Of a stretch of 64,000 bases of DNA, positions 29,016-39,994 are shown one piece after another (position 1 is the stretch's first letter; each line of letters starts with the position of its first letter). This stretch comes from Candidatus Altimarinota bacterium (GTDB taxonomy: Bacteria; Patescibacteriota; Gracilibacteria; CAIRYL01). The position numbers were made by a program, and so were the translations under genes. Location: positions 768,001-832,000 of the forward strand of contig OZ252287.1 in the NCBI GenBank assembly GCA_965250085.1, read 5' to 3'. A model generated the notes under the pieces. The model saw nothing but the letters and a program-made list of their open reading frames with translations, was not told the origin of the DNA and made no database searches.

Positions 29016-29807
29016 CTAAATTCCCAGGAAGCCTCCATACCATCTCCATATCCCTTCTCCCCAAAAATACGCGACAAAGGTGCCCAATACGAGAAAAGGG
29101 CCAAAGGGAATCATTGATTTTCCTTTTTTTCTTTGCAGTACAATCAAAATAATTCCCACAGCCGCCCCCAGGAAATAAGCAAGAAAAAGTGCTACCAATG
29201 TGTTTTGCCATCCCAGAAGAAATCCCATAATTGCTCCCAGGCGCAGATCGCCCAAGCCAATCCAAGCTCCTTTGGAGATGAGAAACAAAAGACCAAAAAA
29301 TCCTACTGGAATCATTGCTCCCCACACCGCACTTTGCCAAGAAGGCGTAAAGGAGAGGGGAAGAGAAAAAATAAGAAATATGAGCAGAGGAAGTGAAATC
29401 TCATCTGGAATCTCCATATATTTCAGATCATAGACAGTAACAATCAACAGCGTGGAGAAAACGATCAAGGAAAAGAAAAATTGCATCCACTCAGCAGATG
29501 GAGAGGGAAATGAAACGCTTTGGATCCATGTCAAAAATCCCCAAAGAACACCCATGCTCAGTTCCACGAGTGGATATTGAATTGATATCTTTTTATGACA
29601 ATATCGGCATTTGCCTCTAAGAAAAAGCCAAGAAAACACAGGTACAAGATCTGAGACACCAAGTACATGCTTACATTTGGGACACTCCGATCGACCAGTG
29701 CAAATCCCTTTTTGACCACTCCAAAGCCTGAGGATCACAACGTTTGCAAATGATCCAACAAAAAGGCCACATATGCTTGCAAGAAATGGAAAATACAAGA
29801 AATTCAT
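29016..29807 (-). CDS. pilD: Prepilin peptidase (A24A)
   Basis: GSFANV, RSECPKC, GKCRYC, YPLVE, GLGD, PFGPFL. Confidence 0.93.
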   Translation of the reverse strand: MNFLYFPFLASICGLFVGSFANVVILRLWSGQKGICTGRSECPKCKHVLGVSDLVPVFSWLFLRGKCRYCHKKISIQYPLVELSMGVLWGFLTWIQSVSFPSPSAEWMQFFFSLIVFSTLLIVTVYDLKYMEIPDEISLPLLIFLIFSLPLSFTPSWQSAVWGAMIPVGFFGLLFLISKGAWIGLGDLRLGAIMGFLLGWQNTLVALFLAYFLGAAVGIILIVLQRKKGKSMIPFGPFLVLGTFVAYFWGEGIWRWYGGFLGI

Positions 29808-29909
29808 ACGTGCACAAGTATACGTGGTTTTGTCTGAGAAAAGGAGAGGAGAAAACTTGTAAAAAACATAAGAATATGATAAGATGATAGGATTATAAAA
29901 AATAAAAAT

Positions 29910-32900
29910 ATGAGGAGTTTTTTATTTCTCCGGTCCTCTTTTGATTCCCCTTTTGGGGAAAAAAGGAGAATATTTCAAAATGTTTCACCTGCGGAAGGGC
30001 TAAATTTGGAAAATAGGGAGGACGATGAAGAAGATGAGAAAAAGGGAGTGCAAAAGGAATCTTCCGAAAAAAGAGCAGGGCTCAGGGAAGACGTTAAAAA
30101 GAAAGAAGATAGTATCTTTAAAGATATAGAGTTTCTTTCAACAAAAGGAATAGACCAAAAAGATCATACTCATGAAATACAATCTATTTATGAGGAAATA
30201 AAAAAGAATCGAAAAGCACGGAAAATATATGAACCGCTTCAAGAAAGTGAAAAAGAGGGGGTGATAGCCCTGATAACAGCGCGGCTTCAGTCAGATGGAT
30301 ATGACCTGAAGGGACTGGATATAGGTGTAGGAGACTATGCTCTATTACAAGATAACACTAGGAGCATCAAAAAACTTGCAGAGGAAATCGTTTCGATCTG
30401 TGCAGAAGAAGAGGTCCGCATGAACCCTGATTGGCTAAATAAGTTATTTGAAAATCAAAAAAATATTCCTTTTGACTGGGGTGAATATAAGAATGGGGTT
30501 CCTGAAGAAGAAAACAAAAGGGTGCTGAATCATGTAAGAGCATGGGCAAAAAGTATACAAGAGCAGTTGCAAGATAGAAGGAGTGAATACGATAGGGAGA
30601 ATGAGCCACTGAATAAGGAAAAATTTAATCTTGAGTTTGAGCAAATGAAGCCGCTCGGACAATGGAGATATGAGCGCCCATTGAATATTCTTCCTATGGT
30701 TACTATATGGTCTGATATAGAAAGTTGGACCTTGGATACTCATGGTGACAATGTAGAAATATTTTATGACCCAGAATCAAGGGAGGTCAGGACAGAAAAT
30801 ATCAATATCGAAAAAATTGCAATTATTGATGAGAAATTACGAGTATTCTCCGCGATACTTTTAGATCCGGAAAATGGTAAGAAGTCACCATCATCCACAT
30901 TTTTTTTAAATACTTTTCCGGAAAGACTGGAAGAAACTCGAGTGCTTACAGACGATTTTATGGGAATTAGCGAAGATCCCGATAAGCAAACAGCAGAAAT
31001 ACTGCCCCTCATCTCTTCTCGCGCAAATATGCGTGTTGAAAGATACATGCTTCCTGTTATTTTGGGATGGAAGGGATCAGAGAAATTTTTGGCAGAAAAT
31101 GCGGAGCAGTATTGGGAACGCGGCAAAAAAGAATTTGCGAACAGATTTACCACCATCGAACAAAAGGAACTTCTTGTAAAAAATCTTGATCATGCGCTTG
31201 AGAGTACAGAAAGGGAGAGGGTCGATTTTGAAGCGGTGCTTATGCCAGATAACTTGCGAAAAAAAGCAAATAAACTCAGTCTTGAATATTGGCGTGGAGA
31301 AAATATTTCTGAAGAGCGAAAAAGGGAAATTGAGCAGTGGTTTGAGGGTGGCATGAGCTGGTTCAACGAAAGTATGCAAAGGAGTGAGGTTCGAAGTATT
31401 CGTCGTGGCGAATTTATGAGTGAAGAATATGAAAATACATGGAATACAATCCAAAAATTTTGCTATAGGCGAGAGCAACAAATACCTGGATTTACAGCTT
31501 GGCTGAGGGAAAAAATGAAAGAATATAAAGAGGAGATTGGGGAAGATATTGAGAAGCTCAAGGCTCACAACAAGGCTATGGATCAAATCAGAGAAGACCT
31601 TATTGAAGAAAAAACATCTCTTATAAAATACCTCAGAAATAGTAGCATAACCCCTCAAGACCTTGAGATTGATTTAGAAAAAATACATGAATACGCTCCT
31701 TGGTATACACTGGAAGATCATGCTTTTAATTTAGAAGACTTGGGCAGAATCGCACTCTCTCCAGAAGATGCTTCAAAATATCGAAAAGCAGAGGGTGAGA
31801 TTCTCAAGGCTATGAAAAAGAAAAAAGAGCAAAGTGAAACGCAATATAAAGAGCTTTCTGAAGCCATGTCTCAGATGAGAGAGGACCTGTTGCCACAAAA
31901 AACGATCTTGGTGGAATATCTTAAAAAGCATGGCGTAACCCCTCAGGACCTTGAGATTGATTTAGAAAAAATACATGAATACGCTCCTTGGTATACTCTG
32001 GAATATCATGCTTTTAATTTAGAAGCCTTTGGTAGAATAGCAATCGGTATAGGAGAAGTCCCAGAATATCGCAAGGCAGAAGAAGTGGTAATAACTGCAA
32101 TGGAAAAGAAAAAAATACAAATAGAGAGACAAGGAAAAGTGGAGACTGAAGCAGAATCAGCAGGAGAGGCAAAAGAAAGAATAAAAAAAATAGATTTACA
32201 AAAAGATGCAGACTTTATCCGTAATCAAGAGTTTATTGAGACAAATAACATATCTGTGCGACGGGAATCTGTATCAATAGAAGGAAAACCGGTCTACATT
32301 CATGTCTTTGAAAAGTCAGGTCATAATAACAAGCGAAATTTTATTGTAGTACACGATACAGAAAATACGGCCTTTGATACTGCACTTCAAGCCATCAACG
32401 ATGGAGGGAAAGTTATTGCTCTTGAGTCAAATGAAGGAAGACATATTATTGGCACTAATATAGAACCTAATAGAGTATTTCTCGATGGTGGCAAATATGC
32501 CGCACTTGGGGAAAAAATGACCGAACTCTTGGGAACAAAAGGTCGCATTATTGCTCTCCACAATAACTATGATGGTGTTAATGGACAAGAAAAAGAAGGA
32601 AAGGGGAATTGGGATATTGAACAACTTAAAAATAATGGATATAAAAATATAAAAATTTTCCGAATCCCAGGTGAAGATACGGATAATGCTGTTTGGATGT
32701 CATCCTCTGTACCATATGAAGAAAGTGAAAAAGGGAGACGGGAAGTGCAATGGTTTTTAAAAAACCAAATGAATGTAGTATACGAATACGTACCAAAAAA
32801 TAACCCGAATGACACATCTCTTGCCAATTGGGCCGCCATTAATGATCGAGAATACTATAATGTGGAGATCCAACATGGCAATGCTGAGGCGCAAAAGAGA

Positions 32901-32933
32901 TATCTGGATGCAGTACTAGAAAAAGACTTGTAA
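29910..32933 (+). CDS. Large protein with internal duplication and C-terminal M14-like zinc hydrolase domain
   Basis: 1007-aa ORF; HDTE, PNRVF, ALHNN and YYNVE in M14-like order. Confidence 0.7.
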   Translation: MRSFLFLRSSFDSPFGEKRRIFQNVSPAEGLNLENREDDEEDEKKGVQKESSEKRAGLREDVKKKEDSIFKDIEFLSTKGIDQKDHTHEIQSIYEEIKKNRKARKIYEPLQESEKEGVIALITARLQSDGYDLKGLDIGVGDYALLQDNTRSIKKLAEEIVSICAEEEVRMNPDWLNKLFENQKNIPFDWGEYKNGVPEEENKRVLNHVRAWAKSIQEQLQDRRSEYDRENEPLNKEKFNLEFEQMKPLGQWRYERPLNILPMVTIWSDIESWTLDTHGDNVEIFYDPESREVRTENINIEKIAIIDEKLRVFSAILLDPENGKKSPSSTFFLNTFPERLEETRVLTDDFMGISEDPDKQTAEILPLISSRANMRVERYMLPVILGWKGSEKFLAENAEQYWERGKKEFANRFTTIEQKELLVKNLDHALESTERERVDFEAVLMPDNLRKKANKLSLEYWRGENISEERKREIEQWFEGGMSWFNESMQRSEVRSIRRGEFMSEEYENTWNTIQKFCYRREQQIPGFTAWLREKMKEYKEEIGEDIEKLKAHNKAMDQIREDLIEEKTSLIKYLRNSSITPQDLEIDLEKIHEYAPWYTLEDHAFNLEDLGRIALSPEDASKYRKAEGEILKAMKKKKEQSETQYKELSEAMSQMREDLLPQKTILVEYLKKHGVTPQDLEIDLEKIHEYAPWYTLEYHAFNLEAFGRIAIGIGEVPEYRKAEEVVITAMEKKKIQIERQGKVETEAESAGEAKERIKKIDLQKDADFIRNQEFIETNNISVRRESVSIEGKPVYIHVFEKSGHNNKRNFIVVHDTENTAFDTALQAINDGGKVIALESNEGRHIIGTNIEPNRVFLDGGKYAALGEKMTELLGTKGRIIALHNNYDGVNGQEKEGKGNWDIEQLKNNGYKNIKIFRIPGEDTDNAVWMSSSVPYEESEKGRREVQWFLKNQMNVVYEYVPKNNPNDTSLANWAAINDREYYNVEIQHGNAEAQKRYLDAVLEKDL

Positions 32934-33073
32934 GGACTGAAGGTATGATGCATTAAGCAGTTCTTTTGCTTCATATTTTTACCGCTTTGACAAGATGAGA
33001 GGTCTTGAGAAAAACCCTCTTTTTTGGTATAATGGTAGGATACATTTATACAAAATAAAAAAAAATATTTCAC

Positions 33074-36000
33074 GTGGAAGTTCTCCCATCTCTCCTTAGT
33101 CGGCATGCGTTTCAAAGATTCCCTATAAAAGAGGGGTATTTTGAGAATCGCAGAGTGTTTCAGGCTGCAGAAGCAAGTCCTGAAGCAGCTTCAGTTGACT
33201 TGCCATCAGATCCAAAAGAAATACAAACACCATCAGAAATGGCGGAGTATCTGGAGAATAAGATGGATGAACTTGGTACCTTGGAAGCAAGGAAAAAATA
33301 TTTTCAAGATCTTGCCGCTAGTGAAGTACAGCATGTTTCCAAAGTTTTAGGTCCGGATGAATTGAGGAACACATTTGTCATCGCAGGTCTCTCTGAGATC
33401 AAAATCGATAAAGATGAGATACACCAGCTTGTGTCTGAGCAATCCACCAAGAATGTAAGTATCATCAGGTCTTTGATTATGAACGAATCTGGAGGACATC
33501 TCTTTGCCGTATCTCCAAAAGAGGCATTAGGTCTTGCACAAATGATGCCATCAAATTATGCAGATAGATGGGAATTTAATCCTTTTGTTCCAGAAACAGC
33601 AGTCCAGTACGCGGTAGAATATTTGAAAGAAGCGGAGAAAGACTTTCTTGCTTCTGAACTCAATCAAGCAAATCATCTCTTGGCAACAATAGCATCATAT
33701 AATGCTGGAGTATCAAGGGTGAAAGAAGCAATTGAGAACGCCCAGAAGAAAGGCGATATAAGTGGCTTTCGAAAACATCTTTCAAAAGAAACTCAAGAGT
33801 TTATAAAGGGTGTGCTTACTTTTAGTGATGTGTCCCTAGAAAACATGGAATTATCCGAAGAGGAGAAGAATGTTATGCAAGATGCAAGAGGATACTCGGG
33901 AGATATGCTCGAAAAGATTAAGGCTTGGTGGAGAGGTCTTGAGGATATCCCCGTGCCGGCGTGGATGGATCCAGAAAATTACCATCAGCAATGGCCTCTC
34001 AGAGAAAATTCAAAAAAAACAAAAGAATATCTCAAAAAACGATCAGAGGCAGGGAAGCTTGAAAAATTAAAAAGTAAAATGGATGTAGAGGAAGTGAGAG
34101 GCGAAACCAAGTCAGAGCTTGAGCAGGCAAGGGAGGCATTTGAGCAGCAAGAAAAGGTAAAAAGCACGGTAGAAATGAGCTGGCACAATGCTTATATGAA
34201 CTACCGTGACTCTCTTTTACCAGAAAAAAGAAGTGAATGGGTGGGAGGGAAGGATCCGCATCCAGAATATTTCGCCGGTAATCCCGACGAGCAATCTGTC
34301 TGGTTTGATACAGATGGCAGCCTTAATCATGGAGTATTAACAAGTGTACTGGATGAAATTATTCCTCCAAAAGGATCTATAGTGATAGATCTAAACGGAA
34401 CAAAACAATTCATTCCAGGTACTGCACTTCTGAGAATGTTGTATTTGAGTAATGAGGAAGCAAAAGATGGAAAGATACTTGAAGCGGAAGGAATTCAAAA
34501 AGGCTTCACCCATGAGACCGCTCTGGGGTGGGTTGAGGGATTAGAAAAATATATTTACGATCAGGAAAAGAAAAATGGAATCCAGGCGAATACACGAAGT
34601 GCTATGGAGGAGGCTAATATTGATTTGAATAAACTCAGTAATGGACTTGGGGACTTTGGCTCAGGACTTGTAGAAAAACTCATAGATGGAGATGCAACCG
34701 ACAAAGCAGAAGTTGCTGTCTTTGCCTTTGCACTCTGGAAGCTTTATAAGTCTTCTGCCGATTCAGTAAAAAATCTTATGTGGGGAGGACTGGGACTGTA
34801 TGTATTTGACAAAGTGCAGGCCGAACATACCGATCTCTTTGGGGGGCAGAGAATACTCGATATGATTGCCGGAGGGCAGATTGCTGATATCCGCGAAACG
34901 CCACTGGCCGCATTCCTCCATTCGGAAAAGAAAACAAGTGATATGGAAAAAAAAGCAGGACTGGTAATGCTGGAAGTTCCCATTGACTGCCTCTTAGATT
35001 GGGCAGGAAATGTGGAAGCAGCACCAGAGCCAGATCTGTTTGCTGATAGTGAACGACCAAAAGCTTTGTACTATGACACGATGCCCGGTATGCTCAAAGC
35101 AAATTTTCACCAGCTGTTTCCAGAATACAAAACACAGAATGACTTCCAAGCGGCAGAAACCATGTGGCAAGTGTTTGAAGCATTCCTCCTGAGTTCTGCC
35201 AAAAAAGCAAATGCCTTTGATAACAACATCGAAGTCACTCGCGCGCAGGGTCTGGATTACCTGAGGGCAAAATATACGGGCGACAAGATCTCTGGAGAAT
35301 TTGAACAATACAGAGACCACATTGGCCGACTGCATACACAATATGCTACAAAATCACCAACGTTCTCTCGGGTACTCGAACATGAAATCACCAGACGCGA
35401 AATTCAGAAAACTATTGCTGAAAATCAGACACTATTAGAAAAAGTTATTTCTTTTGGAAAAGAGCAGTGGATCAACTGGGTTCCTCTTTTAGAAGGCACG
35501 TGGGATTGGTCACTCGAACAATTGGGACTCGCCATGACATGGCTTGAAGACACCGGATTCCCAAAATCAGAAGAGTTTATCCGCAAACTCGCGGCAACTG
35601 GATGGCGCATCAGTAAAGATGGCTATAATCGTGTAGAAGGAGCTGTGACTGGATTTTTTGGAAAGGAGGAAGTGCAAGTGACTCTTCAAAAAATTGGAAA
35701 AGGTGCAAAATGGGCGATTATTGCTCCGTTTAAACTAGGAGCATGGACCATAGAAACAGTACAAGAAAAAATTCCAGATGCTCTTGAAAAGGTAGGCCAT
35801 GTGACAGCTTGGGCAGGGGGGATGTTTGAAGGTGCATTTGACCTTGGAGAGAGAGGTAATGAACTTATTTCTATATCAAGTGGAGAAGATATCCTTGCAG
35901 TTTTGAGAGACTCCGGAATGGCCAATGATGTAATGGCTTCATTTGGTCTAATACGAGAAAACGATCTTAAAAATTTATGTGATGCTATTTTTGATCAAAA

Positions 36001-36790
36001 AGGATCATGGATGAAAAAGATTTTACAACAAAAAATTATTCGTGAATCCGCATTACAAAGAGATTGGCCACTTGCAGAAAATCCAGAAAAAACGGGGAAA
36101 ATTCAAATTGAAGATGCGAACAATATGAAGCTTCCCAGAAAATTAATACCCCAGTTTTTCTTTTTGAATATTCCTGGATTGGGAGCTTTGCAATGGACAG
36201 CAGACAAAGGAACTGCAGGAGTTCAAGGATTGTTTGATGGTTTAAAAATGGTTGGAAAAGTGGCTTCCTTAGGAAGGAATTTTGCAGAAGGTCCACTTTG
36301 GAGTGGCATAGAGGCTGTGTCTCCCGACACATCTCCAAATATACAATCTATAGAAGCCATGTCATATATTGAAAATCTCATTGACGAGAAATTTGATAGT
36401 GCTTCTGATGAAGATCCTATTAGTGTTTGGAGAGCAAAACATGTCAACCAGCTCTTGATTCAAGTCCTAGAACAATTCTCAGGTCCACAGAGTGAAACAT
36501 CTACAGTTCAAGAACAATTCACGGCAAGACTTGTTCGTGAGAAGCCTTCGTGGGTTTTAAATGGACTTGGTAAAAGTCCATCAAAACAGAAGGTAAAAAA
36601 CAAAATACAAGACGCTCTACAAGAGATAGACAGTGATGATATTCTTGGACGTGATGAAGACCTCTCTGACAAATTAGATGATCTGGGTCTAATGCCTAGT
36701 GGAGGTGAAGAAGATGAAAACGGAAGTGGGAGTAATGGTGGTGGACGTGGATGGCTTCGCAAAACTCTTGATTGGTTACGGCGTGGATAA
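33074..36790 (+). CDS. Large protein with N-terminal lytic transglycosylase (SLT) domain
   Basis: IMNESGG, ALGLAQMMP, ASYNAG, ETQEFI. Confidence 0.8.
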   Translation: MEVLPSLLSRHAFQRFPIKEGYFENRRVFQAAEASPEAASVDLPSDPKEIQTPSEMAEYLENKMDELGTLEARKKYFQDLAASEVQHVSKVLGPDELRNTFVIAGLSEIKIDKDEIHQLVSEQSTKNVSIIRSLIMNESGGHLFAVSPKEALGLAQMMPSNYADRWEFNPFVPETAVQYAVEYLKEAEKDFLASELNQANHLLATIASYNAGVSRVKEAIENAQKKGDISGFRKHLSKETQEFIKGVLTFSDVSLENMELSEEEKNVMQDARGYSGDMLEKIKAWWRGLEDIPVPAWMDPENYHQQWPLRENSKKTKEYLKKRSEAGKLEKLKSKMDVEEVRGETKSELEQAREAFEQQEKVKSTVEMSWHNAYMNYRDSLLPEKRSEWVGGKDPHPEYFAGNPDEQSVWFDTDGSLNHGVLTSVLDEIIPPKGSIVIDLNGTKQFIPGTALLRMLYLSNEEAKDGKILEAEGIQKGFTHETALGWVEGLEKYIYDQEKKNGIQANTRSAMEEANIDLNKLSNGLGDFGSGLVEKLIDGDATDKAEVAVFAFALWKLYKSSADSVKNLMWGGLGLYVFDKVQAEHTDLFGGQRILDMIAGGQIADIRETPLAAFLHSEKKTSDMEKKAGLVMLEVPIDCLLDWAGNVEAAPEPDLFADSERPKALYYDTMPGMLKANFHQLFPEYKTQNDFQAAETMWQVFEAFLLSSAKKANAFDNNIEVTRAQGLDYLRAKYTGDKISGEFEQYRDHIGRLHTQYATKSPTFSRVLEHEITRREIQKTIAENQTLLEKVISFGKEQWINWVPLLEGTWDWSLEQLGLAMTWLEDTGFPKSEEFIRKLAATGWRISKDGYNRVEGAVTGFFGKEEVQVTLQKIGKGAKWAIIAPFKLGAWTIETVQEKIPDALEKVGHVTAWAGGMFEGAFDLGERGNELISISSGEDILAVLRDSGMANDVMASFGLIRENDLKNLCDAIFDQKGSWMKKILQQKIIRESALQRDWPLAENPEKTGKIQIEDANNMKLPRKLIPQFFFLNIPGLGALQWTADKGTAGVQGLFDGLKMVGKVASLGRNFAEGPLWSGIEAVSPDTSPNIQSIEAMSYIENLIDEKFDSASDEDPISVWRAKHVNQLLIQVLEQFSGPQSETSTVQEQFTARLVREKPSWVLNGLGKSPSKQKVKNKIQDALQEIDSDDILGRDEDLSDKLDDLGLMPSGGEEDENGSGSNGGGRGWLRKTLDWLRRG

Positions 36791-36825
36791 AGAACCTATT
36801 TTAAACCTCTTCCTAAAATATTTTT

Positions 36826-38232
36826 ATGACTGAAGACTGGAGAAATGACCAAGGCTTATGGGGAGAAAATACTCCTATATCGTCTGATGAAATTCTTGAC
36901 GAAGATACTTCTGAAGATCTCTCAGAGACATTCCTCAAGACCTCTTTCGGTGATCCTGATTATCCAAATCCAGATACCCCCCCTGTTCCAAGTGAGACCG
37001 CGGAAATTCCTGCTATGGATCCTGAAATTGAAGATATTTTAAACGATACCAGGCAAAAAATTTCGATTTTACAAGTAATAAAAAACTTTAAACCAGAGAT
37101 GTACGGAGCACTTACTTATTTGGGAGTAAATGCATTGGTTCCATTTGGAGGAGTTATTGCTGGTGTGCCACTTGGTCTCGCAGTATGGAACTATCAAAAG
37201 GCAAAAAAACGCGCGGAAGAAGCTGGAGACGACTCTGTTATGGGGATTCGAAAATTAACCAATACTCTTGTCTACAGTGCTATTGGGGCGGTAATTCCGG
37301 GAACAGATTGGATTTGGGGGGGGGCAGGAGGAGCAATACTGAGTACCGGCATTCAAGAGACAAAGCATCATTTGGGTTCTGCAAAGCATGAAAAAAATAT
37401 GCAAATAGTAAATGTGCAAAAAAGTTTTCCAAAAGCAATAAAGCATTTTACCAGCGACTCTGGCAGAACCGTGATCCAAATATTGGATGAATCCTTTCCT
37501 ATGCCTGATGGCATAGAGGAAAATGAAGAAATTGAGATTGTCTGGAGCCATATACTGCAACAAGCTGAAGGACAGGGTGTCTCCTCTCCTCATCTAGAAA
37601 AAAAACTACAAGAGATAGAAAAAAAATGTAAAAAGCTTGAACGATGGTGGACTACTATACCCCAAGAAAAACAATCAGAAATTGTCCATCCGCTCCTCCA
37701 AACGGACGAAGCAAAAGATTTTCTCTGGGAAAAACTCTCAGAAGAGAAAAAGAGGAGAATTATAGCCAGAGGACCTCGCATAGATAGTCCCGACAGTCTT
37801 GCGGTATGGAAAACTATTGCTTCTTCAAAAGGTACGAGTGATGCCCAAAAGCAAGAAGCTATGGGCGAACTACGAAAAATCTTAAATGGAGGAGGACGGA
37901 CAGAAGAAACAAGAGAAGTAACCGAAGGTGATTTTATGAGAAATTGCTCTGATGCAGTTGCACTCCAAACCTTTCAGAATAATCCAAGGTTAAAAGCTCT
38001 GTTCTTGACAGGGCAATTAGAAAATGTAATATTGGAAATCCATGATAACTCTGACAAGGAAGGTCTTAATAAAAATGGCTTCATGGATATTTTAAAACGA
38101 TATGGAATTAATATGGCAAGTGATGCTGTAAAGAATCCAGTGGGATTAAAAAACCCTATAACTTGGCTTATAAATCTAGGTGAAACTTTTTTGGAGGAGT
38201 GGCGAGATAAGGACAGTAGCAAAGGAGAATAA
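36826..38232 (+). CDS. Hypothetical protein with Gly-rich hydrophobic segments
   Basis: 468-aa ORF. Confidence 0.7.
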   Translation: MTEDWRNDQGLWGENTPISSDEILDEDTSEDLSETFLKTSFGDPDYPNPDTPPVPSETAEIPAMDPEIEDILNDTRQKISILQVIKNFKPEMYGALTYLGVNALVPFGGVIAGVPLGLAVWNYQKAKKRAEEAGDDSVMGIRKLTNTLVYSAIGAVIPGTDWIWGGAGGAILSTGIQETKHHLGSAKHEKNMQIVNVQKSFPKAIKHFTSDSGRTVIQILDESFPMPDGIEENEEIEIVWSHILQQAEGQGVSSPHLEKKLQEIEKKCKKLERWWTTIPQEKQSEIVHPLLQTDEAKDFLWEKLSEEKKRRIIARGPRIDSPDSLAVWKTIASSKGTSDAQKQEAMGELRKILNGGGRTEETREVTEGDFMRNCSDAVALQTFQNNPRLKALFLTGQLENVILEIHDNSDKEGLNKNGFMDILKRYGINMASDAVKNPVGLKNPITWLINLGETFLEEWRDKDSSKGE

Positions 38233-38272
38233 TTTCTAATGATAAGTACCTTTTTCACATATAAAAAATACT

Positions 38273-39178
38273 ATGTCTTTCATTCAAAATTTTTCAATAA
38301 ATGGCTCTTCCCATCAAAAAATATTTCGAAACAGAAATAATATTCCTGCAGAAAATAATGTGCCACAGCCTACATCTTCAAATTTTCCTGACAGACTCCA
38401 CAACGTTTTTTCTGCTCCTCAGGGATTTTGGAGTACCGTCGCATGGCCGGTAGTAACTTCTTGGAAATTTTTGGGCTTCACAGCTGCAGAAGCTTTTGGG
38501 AAAATTCCATCCGCTGTTATGGGTACAGTTAATGCAACGCGTTGGAGCATTGGAAATATATTTGGCTCTCAAAAAACAGGGACGGAAGGGTTAGTGCCAA
38601 ATGTAGCCAAAAGAGGCTACAGGTTTATAAAGCGGGGCACGTGGGATGCCGCGGGAGCACCAGTAGTGAATGCTACAAGAGCAACAGCGTATAATGCTCT
38701 CAACTGGGCAGCACATGTCCCCGCAGATGTTCTGAAACTTCCCAAAGCCGCTTTTGGGGCGTTTGAGGGCATACGACTCAAGCTTATTCATATACTAGGT
38801 GATGTAGTTGAACCCGTATTTAAGGCGTTAAAAATGAATAAAATAATTGATTATACCGATCGAGTTGGGATACTCGCAAATGACTATGGCAAGGCTATTC
38901 TCGATCCATTTCGAAACACAGCATCCGCACTTGGAAGGGAGTATGACATTGCCTTCGACGCTGTACTTGATGCTCCTCGTGGGCTTACAACGGCATATAC
39001 AGGAGCTATACATGAACCCTGGACTTCAGGTGTCAATGACTCATTTAGAAAAGTCGCTAATGAGCCTGATATCTTTGCGGCAATGGGTGCCAGTAGAGAT
39101 ACAATGAATGGATGGCTGAAGACATTCCTTCGTCCAAAGCACCTCCGTGGAGGAGATATGGAAATGGCGGCAGTATAA
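38273..39178 (+). CDS. Hypothetical protein
   Basis: 301-aa ORF. Confidence 0.7.
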   Translation: MSFIQNFSINGSSHQKIFRNRNNIPAENNVPQPTSSNFPDRLHNVFSAPQGFWSTVAWPVVTSWKFLGFTAAEAFGKIPSAVMGTVNATRWSIGNIFGSQKTGTEGLVPNVAKRGYRFIKRGTWDAAGAPVVNATRATAYNALNWAAHVPADVLKLPKAAFGAFEGIRLKLIHILGDVVEPVFKALKMNKIIDYTDRVGILANDYGKAILDPFRNTASALGREYDIAFDAVLDAPRGLTTAYTGAIHEPWTSGVNDSFRKVANEPDIFAAMGASRDTMNGWLKTFLRPKHLRGGDMEMAAV

Positions 39179-39503
39179 TGTATCATAGAAACCCACTCGG
39201 ACCTCCCTCCTGTCTGTTGACAGACATGGCTCAAGGGAGAAGCTTTTTTACTCAAATCGAACTATTGGCACAAAGTATAACCTTTAGCTCTTTTCTTTGC
39301 GTTTCTTTTAAGTTCTTTCACTCAAAACGGACTTTTTCCATATCTCATCACGCCCCAAAGTGGCCCCTTTGGAGTTCTGCATCCGAGAAGGTTCTGTTTG
39401 GAGTAAAGAAATCATAAAAATAGAAATGGTACTTGCTTTCGCATCATTATTTATGATATGATTTTATCACACTATATTTTCATATTATTTTATAATATAT
39501 ACC

Positions 39504-39728
39504 ATGAGTACCCTCTCTGTCCCCCTCAATGCTGAATTGGAAGAAGCAATCGACATTCTTGTGAAGAATGGTGTAGGACCCAATAAAGCTGCTGTTGCCC
39601 GAAAGGCAATTCAAATTCTCGCAGAAGAGAACGCAATTGAAGCAGTGCTGCAGAGCGAAAGAGAAGTGCGGTCTGAAAAAATTCTCAAAGGAGACTTGAA
39701 GGAAATTTCCTGCGCTCTTTCTTCTTAA
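39504..39728 (+). CDS. RHH-type antitoxin
   Basis: MSTLSVPL...NKAAVARKAI; lies 2 bp before the toxin. Confidence 0.7.
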   Translation: MSTLSVPLNAELEEAIDILVKNGVGPNKAAVARKAIQILAEENAIEAVLQSEREVRSEKILKGDLKEISCALSS

Positions 39729-39730
39729 AA

Positions 39731-39994
39731 ATGATTTCGATCTGCTATACACCCACATTTATACGACAGTATAAAAAATTGGAGCCTGCCTTACAGGACG
39801 AAGTGTATGAAAAGATTCAGGTCTTTCAAAATGACCCTGCTCATTCTTCTCTCAAAACACATAAACTCAAAGGAAGACTTAAAGGGCGATGGAGTTTTTC
39901 GGTAAATTATAAAACACGTATTGTGTTTATGTATTCTTTGAAAAAAACAGCTGTCTTGCTGGCTGTCGGAGACCATGATGTGTATAAGAAGTAG
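39731..39994 (+). CDS. RelE/YafQ-family mRNA interferase toxin
   Basis: FIRQYKKL, SLKTHKLKG, WSFSVNY, VGDHDVY. Confidence 0.85.
   Translation: MISICYTPTFIRQYKKLEPALQDEVYEKIQVFQNDPAHSSLKTHKLKGRLKGRWSFSVNYKTRIVFMYSLKKTAVLLAVGDHDVYKK

Noticed and set aside
31648-32025. Repeat pair as a DGR template/variable region
   Set aside because: Both copies are in frame in one gene, only 3 differences, and no reverse transcriptase in the window.
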